In this document: one piece after another, positions 40,367 to 57,864 of the stretch
Numbering within the stretch: the first letter of the stretch is position 1
Layout: each line of letters opens with the position of its first letter
Source: the human T2T-CHM13v2.0 reference genome, Homo sapiens
Length of the DNA stretch: 64,000 nucleotides
Reading direction: 5' to 3' (one strand)
Assembly (NCBI RefSeq): GCF_009914755.1
Contig: NC_060947.1
The notes under the pieces: generated by a model
Told to the model about the DNA's origin: nothing
What the model saw: only the letters and a program-made list of their open reading frames with translations
Databases searched by the model: none
Translations under genes and position numbers: made by a program

Positions 40367-40937
40367 AAAGTTAATTAAGCACTTACTATCTGCCAGTCAC
40401 GGTAATGTCTTGTCCATTATTTCACTGATTTCTCTCAAATGACCTTATGAAATAAGTATTATTATCCCCACTATACAGATGAAGGAAATGGAAACTCAGA
40501 AAGGCAAATGGACTTGCCTAACATTGCACAGCTATGATTTCCACTTGGTCCTTATCCAAGTTTCCAAAACCCAGTCTCTTTGGATTACACTAGTTTATGG
40601 TTCATCATTTCTTGGAAGGAAAATAAGAGCTGCAGACAAGTCTTTCCTCAGCCCCTGTGCCTGTGAATCCCTCACAGCCTTTCCCCAGGAATAGATCCCC
40701 CACTTCAAATGCAGCCCCTCCTCAGACACCTTCTCCTCCATAGACTCCTTCCTTCCTCTTAAGTCACCTCTTTCTATTCTCCTGAGGCTCTCTACAATTG
40801 CCCTCTGGCCAAATCCTTGCTTTTCCCACTTTCTCTGGTAGATCCCTGACCTTTTCTTTCCTAAGGTATATCTTTAATGGCATGTCAAGGAGAGTAGGGT
40901 AGGCCAATTTCCTGACACAGGCGGAACAAAGGACATC

Positions 40938-41432
40938 TGTATTAGTTTCCTGTTGCTGCTACAACAAATTGCCAAAAATTTAGTAGTTGAAAGCAATATA
41001 ATTTGTTCTCTTCCAGTTCTGCAGGCCAGAAGTCTGAAATCAGTTTCACTGGGCTGAAGTCCAAGTGTCAGCATGGCTGTTCTCCCTCTAGAGACTCTGG
41101 AGCCACCTTTTTCTGCTTTTGGAGCTGCATTCCTTATATTCCTTGGCTCACAGCCCTTTCCTTTATCTTCAAGGACAGCAGTATAGCATCTTCAAGTACT
41201 TCTTTGCTTCTGTCAAGCCTTTTCCTCCGTTCTCAAATTTCCCTTTGCCCCCCTCTTTAAGGACTCCTGTGACTACATCTATGGCCCGCCCAAATAATCC
41301 AGGGTAATCTCCCCATTGCAAAATCGTTAACATAATCACATCTGCAAAGCCTCTTTTGCCATATAAGGTAACATTAAGAGGTTCCAGGGATTCAAACCCA
41401 GAGATCTTTGGGGGCATTGTTCAGCCTACACA
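40938..41432 (-). mobile_element. MaLR solo LTR (MLT1D-like)
   Basis: tgtattagtttcctgttgctgct...aatcacatctgcaaag...gccatataaggtaacatt...ca; 5-bp TSD acatc/gcatc. Confidence 0.85.
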
Positions 41433-43660
41433 GCATCCAAAAAACACAATTTTAGTCTTGCACTGGGGACCAGTTGTCCTTCATTTCTGGAATGGATGAA
41501 CCAGGAGCTCAGGAGTTAGGGTAAAAGGAATAAGCATGGATTAAGTTAAGAGAGTTATATAAACTTGAATTTTGCTGAAATGAATCCAGGTAGGGCAGGT
41601 GATTTCTGAGAGAGGGCTCTTTACTTACACACTGCCCCTCCAGAGAGAGGTGGAAAGGAAGGTAGGACTGAGAGGTGAAAGATTCTTATCTTCTCCTTTC
41701 CAAAACAGTTGCCTTATTTGTTCTTCTCTTTCCTGGGTGGTTTCACTGGGCAGAGAACAGTTGAGAAAAGGGTGACACTCTGGCTCCAGAGACAAAATGA
41801 AGAAGCTAGAACGTCTCTATAGCTGACCTCTCTTCTCCCTTTCCACCTCTATATTTAGTCTCCTCTTTCCCCGTCCTTGTTGTCAACCAGATGCTTCCTG
41901 CTTGTTGAGAAGTGAAGCTACAATGAAGTGAAGCGTGGAGTAATGAATAGTGAGTGAAGAAGAGGAGGAAGTTTCTTTAGGAGAAGCCCTCATGTCAGCC
42001 CACTTCAGGCCAGAGAAAAGCCTCCTCCAGCAGGCAGTCTTAGGGAGGTGTGGAATTTGGGATAGCTGCCAAGTAGAGTGACCAAGAGTTACAGGGTCAC
42101 TCCTTGATAACCATTCACTTCTCTTCCTTGGTACTGAACATTGCTATCTAGTATATGGGGATCTTCAAAAGTCCCTTTCCACAAGTTTCTCTGCATGATG
42201 ATTACCTTAAGGAACAATTTTAATCACACCTGGCAGATCTGGGCTAAAGCCTGGCAAAACTAGTGGAGAATGGGAATTTGGGGAGCTCAGATTTTGAAAA
42301 CCATAGAAAGACTGGTTGGGATGGAAGTGTGGGGGCATGCCTGATCCGGGACTAAATTTTCATGGTCTTGGAGTGTCAACAGCAGCATCACAAACTCAGT
42401 GAGGTTTTGATTTATGAGCACCAGATGCAGAGTTGTGAACTGACGATTTTTGTAGAGTTAGCAGCTGGCTCCCCATATTTTGTTTCTGTTCCAGGACATC
42501 ATCTATTATGTTGCTCAATGCTCCTCCTTATATAAAAACTCATAACAAATTCTTCTCCAAGTTTAGGGCCAGGAAAAAGTTTGTTTCTCCTAGTGAATGT
42601 GTCTTCTTTCTTCTGCCAGACAATGAAAGTAATAAAAAGGCACCCCACTCCACACCCAAGCCAGAGGGTTGACTTAAACTCTCCAGCTGTATGAGTTTTG
42701 AGTCTGCCGAGGGAAGGAGTATCACAGGTGATGAGGAAGCCAGAGGGAGCACTCAGAACTCACTCAAAATTGGGTAAGCAGGGCAGGCCACAACTTCAGA
42801 AAGGAAAGACTGGTCACCCACATGCCAAGACCAAATGGGGAATCCAGAGAATTCCCAGGCAATGATGACGGCACCAACAAATTCCAGGCTGAACCACATT
42901 AGGGAGTTTTCTAGCAGAAAATTAGGAGCAAGTCCTGGCTTCTAGGGCTAGAAAAAGCCAGGAACATGTGGGAAACAGATCTCAGACAGATCTTCCTCTC
43001 AAGGAGGGTGAAGAAACTCTGGGAACTGGTGGCACTCAGGCAGAAAAAGGGCCTAGTTGTCCGTGGGATGTCCAGAAAAGTCTCTGGATCTGATAGCTCT
43101 ACAGAAGTACACTGATCCATCTGCAACAGGGTTCAGGAAGTATTTGACTTTCTAAATCCCACTAACTTAAATGACCAGTTCAATTATACATTCCTGCAAC
43201 CCTTTTTAATTGACCATGAGACAAATGGGTCACATCTTACAGAAATCTGTATGAAGACCAGCATGAATGGTATTATCACAAGACAAATGTAAACATCATG
43301 TTTTGATTTTCACCTTTGTTGCTAGGAAACTCACCTCTAAATTGTATGCTTTATTGAACACTCTAGAAGCATAATGGGGTGAGGGTGGGGTCAATATATT
43401 TTGTCACCATCTCCTTCCATTTGCACTGCTTTTATTCTTTGTTAACAGATTTTAGTCTAATTGCACCAAGAATTAACCAGTTGTAAGCCCCCTCAAATTC
43501 GTTTTGAAAGTAGACAGGCAGTAAATAATCATACAGATATATGATATTTTCTTTGTAGGCTTGTCAAATTTTTCATATGCCCTTTCTTGGGTTTAATGTG
43601 AGAGGACTATTGACCTTGCCTTAAGCTATGCTCACCTTTGTTCTTCAGATTTGTTGCTAT

Positions 43661-43678
43661 TGGCCACAAGGGGGTCTG
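43661..43678 (+). promoter_or_regulatory. CTCF-like motif tggccacaagggggtctg
   Basis: Close match to the CTCF core TGGCCACCAGGGGGCGC; motif only. Confidence 0.45.
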
Positions 43679-45354
43679 GGCCAGTGTATGTCCTGCTAGC
43701 AGTCGAAGGAGTCATTGCTACAAAGTAAAGAAAGTACCTCATTTTGCTAGATGCTTTTATTACCCTTGGCACCACAATAACAGTTTCCTCAGGTTTCTTG
43801 TCTTGGGAACACCTAATGGCAAGATGCTCTTGATACTTCAGTAACTAAAGCTCCTTTAATGGGATCCATGATGGACCTGCCTTGTTTTGTTTTATAGTGA
43901 AAAATGTTTTAAGGAAGTTGCAGTATATATTTTGTTGGTAAAGATGCCTTAAGCTATTAAGGCCATTTGTTATTTTCTGAAAGCAAGAGAGATAATGCTC
44001 CCTAATAAAATTCACTGCACTGCAGGTAGCTCTACGTTTGTTTCCTACAAAGTGCTCCATAGCTCTTGTGGGCCTGTTTCTCTCTTTCGTCTTTCTTACG
44101 TCCTTATAAGATGGTATGGGGGCACAGCTTTTTTAGTGCTGAGCAATTGGACTCTGAATCCCAAATAAGTCACAAATAGGAGCTGGCTTAATACAAATGG
44201 CACTACCTCTTTGTAGCCCTCTCCTCTGGCCCTGGCTCCCCTGTTTGCTTCTCCTTGTTTCCAGAGTCCAGCCTCCTTGGGCCACTGATTTTGGCATCTC
44301 CTTGAAGACCCTCCCCTTTATTCCTATTCCTTGTCCACGATTCAGGCGTTGAAGTTCCTCTTAACCCAATTTCTCCCCGAATTGAAAATGCAAATGTGCC
44401 TGCTTTATTGTCTGTATGTGTTAAGCTTCTACAAGAGGTTTTGTGCTAAGCACAATGTTCTGTATGGGGAAGTACAAGAAGGTGGGGGTGAAGGGAGCAG
44501 AATGGTCTCTGAACTGCCACTGGTCAGCAGCTAGAGTGCTTTGCACCCTTCAGGCCTGCGATTGGAGTGAGGACAGCAGAAGAGGTGGATCAGGGCAGAC
44601 AGAACCAGGAAGAAGTACTGTGGGTATTTTATCATGGAGCCAGGGTAAGTTGAACTGAAGAACTGACAGACAGTCATCTCAGGGAGAGGAAACAGAAATT
44701 TCTCTCTCATCCCAAATCTCTGGGCACAAAATTGTCTTTACAATTATACTGTTAAAAGGACATCAGCTCCCAGGAAGGGGAGAAAAGCACAAAATGGGGT
44801 GGCAAGGGAGAAAGGCTGTGGGTTTCACATCTCCCTTCCAGACCAAATCCAAGACATCAGGAAAATATACTTTTCCCCAAATGCAATGCTATATGATGTT
44901 ACACACAAAGATCCGAGGTCAGTTCTACATGGGTAGAATTCGCAGACAACTCTGTGTGCTAATAGTTCCCCTGTAATACTAATTGAAGATGTTTATTTTT
45001 CTAGCTTCTATTTTTAAAAGCCACTGAAAGTTTAATAATATAAAGGTTTCAACTTTGACATCTAATGGACTAAACCCATGTTAGAGGGCTGAAATTTTAT
45101 AATCACCATCTGATGGGACTCAAGAGTATTAAAAACAGAGGTTTATACGGGAGCAGGCAGGGATGGTGGCGGTATGCAGTCCATGGATCAACAACTGGCT
45201 TCTTTTAACAAAAACATAAAAGCTATTTCCAGCTGAAATTCTCAGAAACACTATAGGAAATTAATATAACTGATTGATGTGATCTCATCTAATAGAACTG
45301 GGAGTTGAAGCTTTATCCCTCTAGAACAGGTGATTAGAGGCAAATGAGGGGCAG

Positions 45355-45368
45355 GTTCCCATGGCAAC
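45355..45368. promoter_or_regulatory. RFX X-box motif gttcccatggcaac
   Basis: Fits GTTNCCATGGNAAC; motif only. Confidence 0.45.
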
Positions 45369-47192
45369 CATTTGGCTATCTCAGACCCGAAGGAGGCCTC
45401 TGAAACAGAAGCTTTGAGAAGGAATATGGATTTTCAAAGGGAAAAAATATTAGACATTTGTCTTTTAGGGCTATGCTGGAGTGCATAGGGGATTAAGGTG
45501 GTGTGAGGGCATATCTAGAGTTGTTCTGTGAGTGCTAGGGACAGATTTTAGATACTGTTCCAGTCCCTTGAAGCTGAAGAATCACTGCTTTGTTTGGTTA
45601 CTTCTCTCTCTACAACCTTCTGCCAAGGGAGACAGTACAGAAAAGGATCAGAGTGTCCATGGACATTCCTGTGAGCCTGCTTGGGCCATGGTGGGTGTGA
45701 GTGTCAGGTGAATCCAGCATGCCCTTCCCTTCACAAATATCTCCTCTCCTCCTTGAACTATTTCAATCAAACATTCTAGCCTGTGATGGGACTAAATGAA
45801 TCTTTAGGGTGGCAGTGCTGTGCTGAGGGAGGAGTAGCAGAATATCAGGCCTCTTTGCATGAAGGGGTGTGGCTGAAGCTTTCTGTTCACTCTCTGTTAG
45901 GAGATTAAGGTTCTGTTTTATGGCAGCCACCAGTGGTTAGGGGTACAAGTCAAAACCAAGGGTCATTGATTGCTCTTCTTATTCTGAGGACTTTTCCATC
46001 TTCCTCTAATTACTCCTAAGCCACAGCCATTACCTTACCAGCCTCACTCTTCCTTCCTTTCCTCCTTAGAAGTGAAGTATTATAAGGTCTCCTGTTATTT
46101 TCTTTCCCCAGCTATTTGCACTTTTCTGTGGTTCCACCTCCTGCTTCTATCTGCGCCCCCCCTCCTCCCACACACACTCCCTAGGCCTTTGCTGACATCT
46201 GAGATGTCAGATTTGATGAAATATCTGTTTGCCTGCCCCTGGAATCTCAGAGGCCCTATAGGATTCCTAATCTAGGCCAACAGTGCCACTGAAGGATGAG
46301 GATCAGGGATAGATATAACACTTTCTAAATTCCTACTATGTGTTTTCACATACACTGATCCATCAAATCTACAAAATAGCCCAGCAGAGTAGACATTTTG
46401 TTATTCCTGTTCTACAGATGATGAAACTGATACAAGATTCACATGACTTGCCTCAGTGATTAGAACTTGTAAGTGGCAGAATCAGGATTTGAACCCTGGT
46501 CTTCTGGCAACCAATTCTGGTTTTTCTTCCACTCCATTAGGAGAATGTGAGGGGTCGACATGTTCCCAGGGACAGATGTTACTGTAGTGTCCTAAAGGCT
46601 GATGGAGAATGGGAGGGGCATCTTGGAAGACTCTGTTTAACTGTTGTAACCCCAGGGGCTTTACCTTGGTTCTCACTCAACCAGAGAATAATTGCAAGTA
46701 ATTCATTCTCAGTCTCTCACTGGAGAATACCCAGTTCTCACCATAGGCTCTTGAATTACCTGAACCAAGAGTTCTCTCCACCCTGGCATTTTGATTTCCA
46801 TTCAGGTATTCATCTCTTCATTCACCCATTCATTCATTCACTCATTCATTCATTTGATCAACTTAATTGAGTATCTCTTAGGTGCTAGACACTATGCAAA
46901 GAGTTGAAGATCCATTGATGATGCAGCCATAGTCCCTACTTTTCTGAAGGATTCAGAGACATCGATAGGAAATGATAATAAAACATAGTAAGAGTAGTGA
47001 TAAATTTATGGACTGATTTGCAGCATGGACACTTTGACCAAAGTTGGGGGTGAGCCAGTTGTGAGGGTTTATCTTTGTAGGAATCAATCTCTCCTGGCTC
47101 CCAGGTACACCCCCAGTCCCCCACATTCCTTCTCCAGGTTCCTATGAGTAGTAATACTCAAAGTCACTATTTTTTTTAAATTGGGTTGTTGT

Positions 47193-47468
47193 GCAGGAAC
47201 AGAAAACCAAACACCACATGTTCTTACTAGTAAGTGAGAGCTAAACAATGAGAACACATGAACACAGGGAGGGGAATAACACACACTGGGGCCTGTTGGT
47301 GGGTGGGGGAAAGGGGAGGGAGAGCATTAGGACAAATACCTAATTCATGCAGGGCTTAAAACCTAGATGATGGGTTGATAGGTGCAGCAAACCACCATGG
47401 CACATTTATACCTGTGTAACAAACCTGCACGTTCAGCACGTGTATCTCAGAACTTAGAGAAAAAAAAA
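47193..47468 (+). mobile_element. 5'-truncated L1PA (PA8-10-like) 3' end
   Basis: L1 3'UTR gggcttaaaacctagatgatgggttgataggtgcagcaaaccaccatggcac plus poly-A; TSD ttaa..tgggttgttgt. Confidence 0.9.
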
Positions 47469-50400
47469 TTAAGATGGGTTGTTGTTTTTGGTGGAAGATG
47501 GGGAGATATGTTCATCATATGAATCATCAGTTGGAGTGGAGTCTTTCAAGAAAAATATAATGCACAAATACTCTTTATTGAATTTCTGGGAAATATTCTA
47601 GGAAATTAGCCCACAACCAACTAACGTAATTCCCTCTAACAGGAATATGTCCAATGAATCTAGAGAGCTTAGATTGCCTTGGTACATAAAGAAGTAAGTA
47701 GAATGCATTTTTTTTATTAACCTGCTTTGTAAATAAATGTCCTTGTATGAGAACATGATCTCTGAATGCTGTCTTCTACACGACCCTCTTCCTGTGTCCT
47801 CTCTAGGAGTGGGTGCCCATGTGCACTGCAGTGACCTTTTCTTCTCTCTAGTCTTCTTTGAAAGCTTGTTTTCTCTGGTTGTTTTTCTTCGAACAGACTT
47901 GATATAGAAATTCACACTGTGGTGTGAATGGATAAAAACAACTTAATACTGTACCCCTTATGAGGTATTTGCATTTTAACGAAGACCAGCCACTCAATTT
48001 GGAGACATACGTTCTTCTTTTTAAATTTCCATCCCAATAATCAATCTGTTTTTCAGAAACTTATGCACAAAGTCCCAGATTACAGGTCTTCTAGACTTAA
48101 ATTCTAATGGGAACATTGTAAATTTGACTCTTCGGGAAATATTTTAAATAGTGGGAGCTCTTTCTCTTCCCTAACAATTTCCAACTCTGGCACAGCTGCT
48201 CAATGTGAAGTTTGTAATTTCTCCTTCCTTCCCAGAAGTACTTTTGGCTCAGCTTAATCTATTATGCCTTTGCAGTCGCCATTGAATGCCTCTAGTCCAT
48301 GCAGAGTGGAATTGAGAACTGAAGTTGGACTTCCGTCATCCTTGGGGTATGAAGATAGGATAGGAATTGATCCGATTCTGGTTGGTTGTTGAGACAAGAA
48401 TAACTTGGCCTCTCCTCATGTGTGAGTACTGTGGGCAGACAAGCTCATATGTCCCCTCACATGTGCATGTAACCGCATGTGGTCTTACACATATTTGAGG
48501 CTAAGGATATTGTGGGGGGATTGCTGAAAGATGGGCAATAATAAAGACTCAGCATGTTTCAGACACTGTGCTAAAGGAGCTATGTATCCTCAAAACCTTT
48601 GTATGAGATAGGTATTATTATTACCATTTTAACGATGAAGAAACAGAATCTCAGATATGTTAAATAAATTGCTTAAAATCACAAAGAAAATTTAAGAGAC
48701 TGGGATTTGTACCTCAGTCTTGATCCACAACCTATGCTTTAAAAAATAATCACTACAATATACTACTTTGCATAGGAGTAGGTAGATAGATGAGGTACAG
48801 TATTCCAAACTGAAGAGAGATACAAGCTTGAACAATGTCCTAGAAATAAGAATGGACAAGATGTGCTTTAGGGACACTAAGTAGCCCAGTCCAGTGTAAC
48901 CAGAGGCAAGAGTTCTTGTAGGGCAGTAGAGGAAAGAATTCCTGCAACGGTTGTCTGGGGTCATGTTGTGGAGGGTACAAATGTTGATCCAAAGAATAGC
49001 TTCTCTCTCCTTTATCTAGTATTTCAATTATTAAGGAGCTAAAGAGGTTTTCAGAAAGTATAAATGAAAATATTTTCAGAATTATACAGAGGACTTGGAG
49101 ATAAGTGAAAGACTAAAGTCCTAACAGAAACATATTTAATAAAAGTAATCATTCAGCACCATAAAGCATTAGATGAAGTCTATTGTGAATTGTTTTCCCT
49201 GTGCACACACAGAGAAAACATCCAGTATTGTGATTACCAAGGTAATTTGTCTTAAGGTTAATAGATGGTTGGAGAAAATGATGTTTTGTTGTGTTCCATT
49301 CTACAGGGGCCAAAAGGTTCTGTTTGGCCTGTATAGCATTTACAAAGAAGGTACTGGTCTAATAATCCCAAAATGACAATCCCAGTAACATCACAAAATG
49401 ACTTCTATTGTTGGATGGAACAAGTGGGAATCTAGGTAATAATGGAAATGGCTTCCTATGTGGCACTCCCTGACCTGGGAGACCACAGGCCTGGACTCCA
49501 ATTCTAGTTCTGCCACTAATTAACCATGTGACCTTGAAACAGTCACTCAGTTGCTCTTGAGCTCAGTTTTCTCACTTATAAAATGTGGGAGTTGCAGGAG
49601 AGTCCCTGCCTGCCTTCCTTGTCACTTTTTCTTTTGTGTTTTTAAAACGTATTTTTAAAAATTTCACAAGTATTATGTGGATCTTTTCTCATTGTAAAAA
49701 TGTTAAAGAATACCAAAATCCCCATTCAGCTCCCACTTCATCTCTCTTCTGAGATACAAATTATATTTGTAGCATCATTTTCCAGACAATTGTTATGTAT
49801 CTGTAGTCATATAGATACATGTAGTTTCTGGGGTTATTTTAAAAATATATGATATCAAACTGTGTGTATTGTTCCACAAGTCAATTTTTGTTTCCATTGA
49901 ACAGCATGTCTTGGGGATATTTTCATGTCAGTACATATAAATCTATTTCATTCTTTTTAACTGCTACATAGTATGCATATACAGTACCATCATTTGTTTA
50001 GCTATTTTTCACTGATAAGTATTTGTTTACAAATAATCATAGCACAGTTCTGCAGTGGACAGCCTTGGGCATCTCCTTGTATGCATGTGCAAGTGTTTCT
50101 TTAGGGTATATTATTTGATGTGGAATTGCTAGGCTTTAACATTTCAGTTTTATTCCACACTGTCAAATTGCTCTCTAAACTACTAGTGCCAATTTACACA
50201 CCTGCTGGCAGTTTCATTACAAGTTGATCAACACTCGATATGGTCAGACATTTTCATTTGCCAGTCTTATGGATGAAGAAAGTTATCTCTGGTAACTTGG
50301 AAAGGTAAACGTTTTTTCCTATGTTTCTTATCCATTTGCATTTCCTGTTTGCTGGTCAGTTGCTCATTATATCCCTTGTCCATTCATTAGAATGGATTGT

Positions 50401-51859
50401 TTATATTTTTGGTATTGATATGAAGGATTATACTTTCTATATTCATATAAGTGCATATGTCAATAACTATAAAATTATATACAAATTATAATTATGTTAT
50501 AGAATACAATTTCATTTAACTTTGCTTGTGGCGAATACCAAACAGAACTTAAAAATTCTCAATTCTGTCAAATTTATCTATTTTATATGATTTCTGCATT
50601 TTGAGTCTTGCTTAAAAAGTCTTTTTCCTCTCTGAAATTATTTCTACTATATTTTCTTCTAATAACTTATAGTTTTGCTTTTTTATAGAACTCCTTAATC
50701 CACTGGGAATTTATGTTTATTTTGTGAGGAAGGGATCTCCATCTCCAGCTGAGTCTATGTGTGTTTACGTGTGTGTATACACATATATATGTTTTATATA
50801 TACATGTATATTTACATGTAATACATATTTATTCACAAATATTCTTACCAATCATGAAATGTCCTAACATTTACTGAAGCGTACATCATCTCCCCACTAA
50901 TTAGAGACACTTCTTTATTAATCATATAATGAATTTCCTTTTATTTACATGGATCTGGTTTATGATCCTATGTTCTGTTTCACTGACCTCGTTGGCTATT
51001 CCTGTGTCAATACTATATTGTCTGAATAAACTGTAAGTTTCTAACATACTTTGATGTCTGATAGACTAAATCATTTTTTGGTTTCCTTTTCCAAAATTGT
51101 CTTGACTATTTTCATACAATTTCTTTTCTTGGTGAATTTTAGAATCAGCTTCAAATTCTGTAAATATTCCTACCTAGGTTTTGATTGTAATTGAATTTAA
51201 TATAAAGAATAATTTGGATAGAAATGACATTTCTATAACAGTGATTCATCCCATCCAGGAACATTATAAGTCTCTTGATTTATTAAGTTCTTCTTTTAAG
51301 ACCTTCAGTAAAGTTTAGAATTTCCTTAGACAGGTCTCGAATATGTCTTCTTAGGTTTATTCAGGCTTGAATGTGTTTTATTACATTTCTTCCTAAGTAT
51401 TTCATTACATTTTTCCTACTGTGATTTTTTTTTCCTGTTACATTTTCAAATCTGTTGCTTCATTTATTTTATTTTTTCAAGAAATATTACTTGGGTGCCC
51501 ACAATATGCCAGACATTGTGTTTGGCCCTGGGGATTAAAATGGAACAAAACAGACTTTTTAAAATTTCTAGTGAGTTTTTTTTTTATTTATTTGGCCTTT
51601 TCTTTCTTTTTTTTTTTCTTTTTAAAATTAACTTTATTTATTAATTTTTTTTTTACTATACTTTAAGTTTTAGGGTACATGTGCACATTGTGCAGGTTAG
51701 TTACATATGTATACATGTGCCATGCTGGTGCGCTGCACCCACTAACTCGTCATCTAGCATTAGGTATATCTCCCAATGCTATCCCTCCCCCCTCCCCCCA
51801 CCCCACAACAGTCCCCAGAGTGTGATATTCCCCTTCCTGTGTCCATGTGTTCTCATTGT

Positions 51860-55692
<3,833 letters not shown>

Positions 55693-55755
55693 GATGATGT
55701 TAGCTGGTTATTTTGCTCATTAGTTGATGCAGTTTCTTCCTAGTCTCGATGGTCT

Positions 55756-56772
55756 TTACATTTTGGCATGATTTTGCCGCGGCTTGTACCGGTTGTTCCT
55801 TTCCATGTTTAGTGCTTCCTTCAGGAGCTCTTTTAGGGCAGGCCTGGTGGTGACAAAATCTCTCAGCATTTGCTTGTCTGTAAAGTATTTTATTTCTCCT
55901 TCACTTATGAAGCTTAGTTTGGCTGGATAGGAAATTCTGGGTTGAAAATTCTTTTCTTTAAGAATGTTGAATATTGGCCCCCACTCTCTTCTGGCTTGTA
56001 GGGTTTCTGCCAAGAGATCCACTGTTAGTCTGATGGGCTTCCCTTTGAGGGTAACCCGACCTTTCTCTCTGGCTGCCCTTAACATTTTTTCCTTCATTTC
56101 AACTTTGGTGAATCTGACAATTATGTGTCTTGGAGTTGCTCTTCTCAAGGAGGATCTTTGTGGCGTTCTCTGTATTTCCTGAATCTGAACGTTGGCCTGC
56201 CTTGCTAGATTGGGGAAGTTCTCCTGGATAATATCCTGCAGAGTGTTTTCCAACTTGGTTCCATTCTCCCCATCACTTTCAGGTACACCAGTCAGACGTA
56301 GATTTGGTCTTTTCACATAGTCCCATATTTCTTGGAGGCTTTGCTCATTTCTTTTTATTCTTTTTTCTCTAAACTTCCCTTCTCGCTTCATTTCATTCAT
56401 TTCATCTTCCATCGCTGATACCCTTTCTTCCAGTTGATCGCATCGGCTCCTGAGGCTTCTGCATTCTTCACGTAGTTCTTGAGCCTTGGTTTTCAGCTCC
56501 ATCAGCTCCTTTAAGCACTTCTCTCTATTGGTTATTCTAGTTATACATTCTTCTAAATTTTTTTCAAAGTTTTCAACTTCTTTGCCTTTGGTTTGAATGT
56601 CCTCCCGTAGCTCAGAGTAATTTGATCGTCTGAAGCCTTCTTCTCTCAGCTCGTCAAAGTCATTCTCCATCCAGCTTTGTTCCGTTGCTGGTGAGGAACT
56701 GCGTTCCTTTGGAGGAGGAGAGGCGCTCTGCGTTTTAGTGTTTCCAGTTTTTCTGTTCTGTTTTTTCCCCAT
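55756..56772 (-). CDS. L1 ORF1p, intact 338 aa
   Basis: MGKKQNRKTGN...REKG, ARR, YPAKLS motifs; canonical length. Confidence 0.95.
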   Translation of the reverse strand: MGKKQNRKTGNTKTQSASPPPKERSSSPATEQSWMENDFDELREEGFRRSNYSELREDIQTKGKEVENFEKNLEECITRITNREKCLKELMELKTKAQELREECRSLRSRCDQLEERVSAMEDEMNEMKREGKFREKRIKRNEQSLQEIWDYVKRPNLRLTGVPESDGENGTKLENTLQDIIQENFPNLARQANVQIQEIQRTPQRSSLRRATPRHIIVRFTKVEMKEKMLRAAREKGRVTLKGKPIRLTVDLLAETLQARREWGPIFNILKEKNFQPRISYPAKLSFISEGEIKYFTDKQMLRDFVTTRPALKELLKEALNMERNNRYKPRQNHAKM

Positions 56773-57675
56773 CTTTGTGGTTTTATCTACTTCTGGTCTT
56801 TGATGATAGTGATGTACAGATGGGCTTTTGGTGTGGATGTCCTTTCTGTTTGTTAGTTTTCCTTCTAACAGACAGGACCCTCAGCTGCAGGTCTGTTGGA
56901 ATACCCTGCCGTGTGAGGTGTCAGTGTGCCCCTGCTGGGGGGTGCCTCCCAGTTAGGCTGCTCAGGGGTCAGGGATCAGGGACCCACTTGAGGAGGCAGT
57001 CTGCCCGTTCTCAGATCTCCATCTGCGTGCTGGGAGAACCACTGCTCTCTTCAAAGCTGTCAGACAGGGACATTTAAGTCTGCAGAGGTTACTGCTGTCT
57101 TTTTGTTTGTCTGTGCCCTGCCCCCAGAGGTGGAGCCTACAGAGGCAGGCAGGCCTCCTTGAGCTGTGGTGGGCTCCACCCAGTTCGAGCTTCCCGGCTT
57201 CTTTGTTTACCCAAGCAAGCCTGGGCAATGGCGGGCGCCCCTCCCCCAGCCTCGCTGCCGCCTTGCAGTTTGATCTCAGACTGCTGTGCTAGCAATCAGC
57301 GAAACTCCGTGGGCGTAGGACCCTCCGAGCCAGGTGCGGGATATAAACTCGTGGTGCGCTGTTTTTTAAGCCGGTCCGAAAAGCGCAATATTCAGGTGGG
57401 AGTGACCCGATTTTCCAGGTGCGTCCATCACCCCTTTCTTTGACTCGGAAAGGGAACTCCCTGACCCCTTGCGCTTCCCAAGTGAGGCAATGCCTCGCCC
57501 TGCTTCGGCTCGCGCACGGTGCGCGCACCCACTGACCTGCGCCCACTGTCTGGCACTCCCTAGTGAGATGAACCTGGTACCTCAGATGGAAATGCAGAAA
57601 TCACCCGTCTTCTGCGTCGCTCACGCTGGGAGCTGTAGACCGGAGCTGTTCCTATTCGGCCATCTTGGCTCCTCC
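56773..57675 (-). promoter_or_regulatory. L1 5'UTR: internal sense and antisense promoter, CpG-rich
   Basis: YY1 site caagatggcc intact; strongest CpG-rich stretch of the window. Confidence 0.9.
57228..57443 (+). CDS. L1 antisense ORF0, intact 71 aa
   Basis: MAGAPPPASLPPCSLISDCCASNQR...RCVHHPFL* starting at gcaATGg. Confidence 0.85.
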   Translation: MAGAPPPASLPPCSLISDCCASNQRNSVGVGPSEPGAGYKLVVRCFLSRSEKRNIQVGVTRFSRCVHHPFL

Positions 57676-57812
57676 TTATTTGGCCTTTTCAAGGTAAACA
57701 GTTATATTGTCTCTTCCTTCCCAATATTTGTATTTCTTACTTTTTGTCTCACTGAATTGGCTTGGACCTCTAGTATAATGCTGAATAAAAACAAAGATAG
57801 TGGGAATTTTTT

Positions 57813-57864
57813 GTTTCCGTAGTTTAGGGGAATTTTTCGTTTCCGTAGTTTAGGGGAATTTTTC
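57813..57864. repeat. Perfect 26-bp tandem duplication (gtttccgtagtttaggggaatttttc x2)
   Basis: Read directly. Confidence 0.92.

Noticed and set aside
42735-43123. Minus-strand OR-like words (MDQ.TSV, EICF, LVLACG)
   Set aside because: Needs many frameshifts and deletions; not supportable by eye
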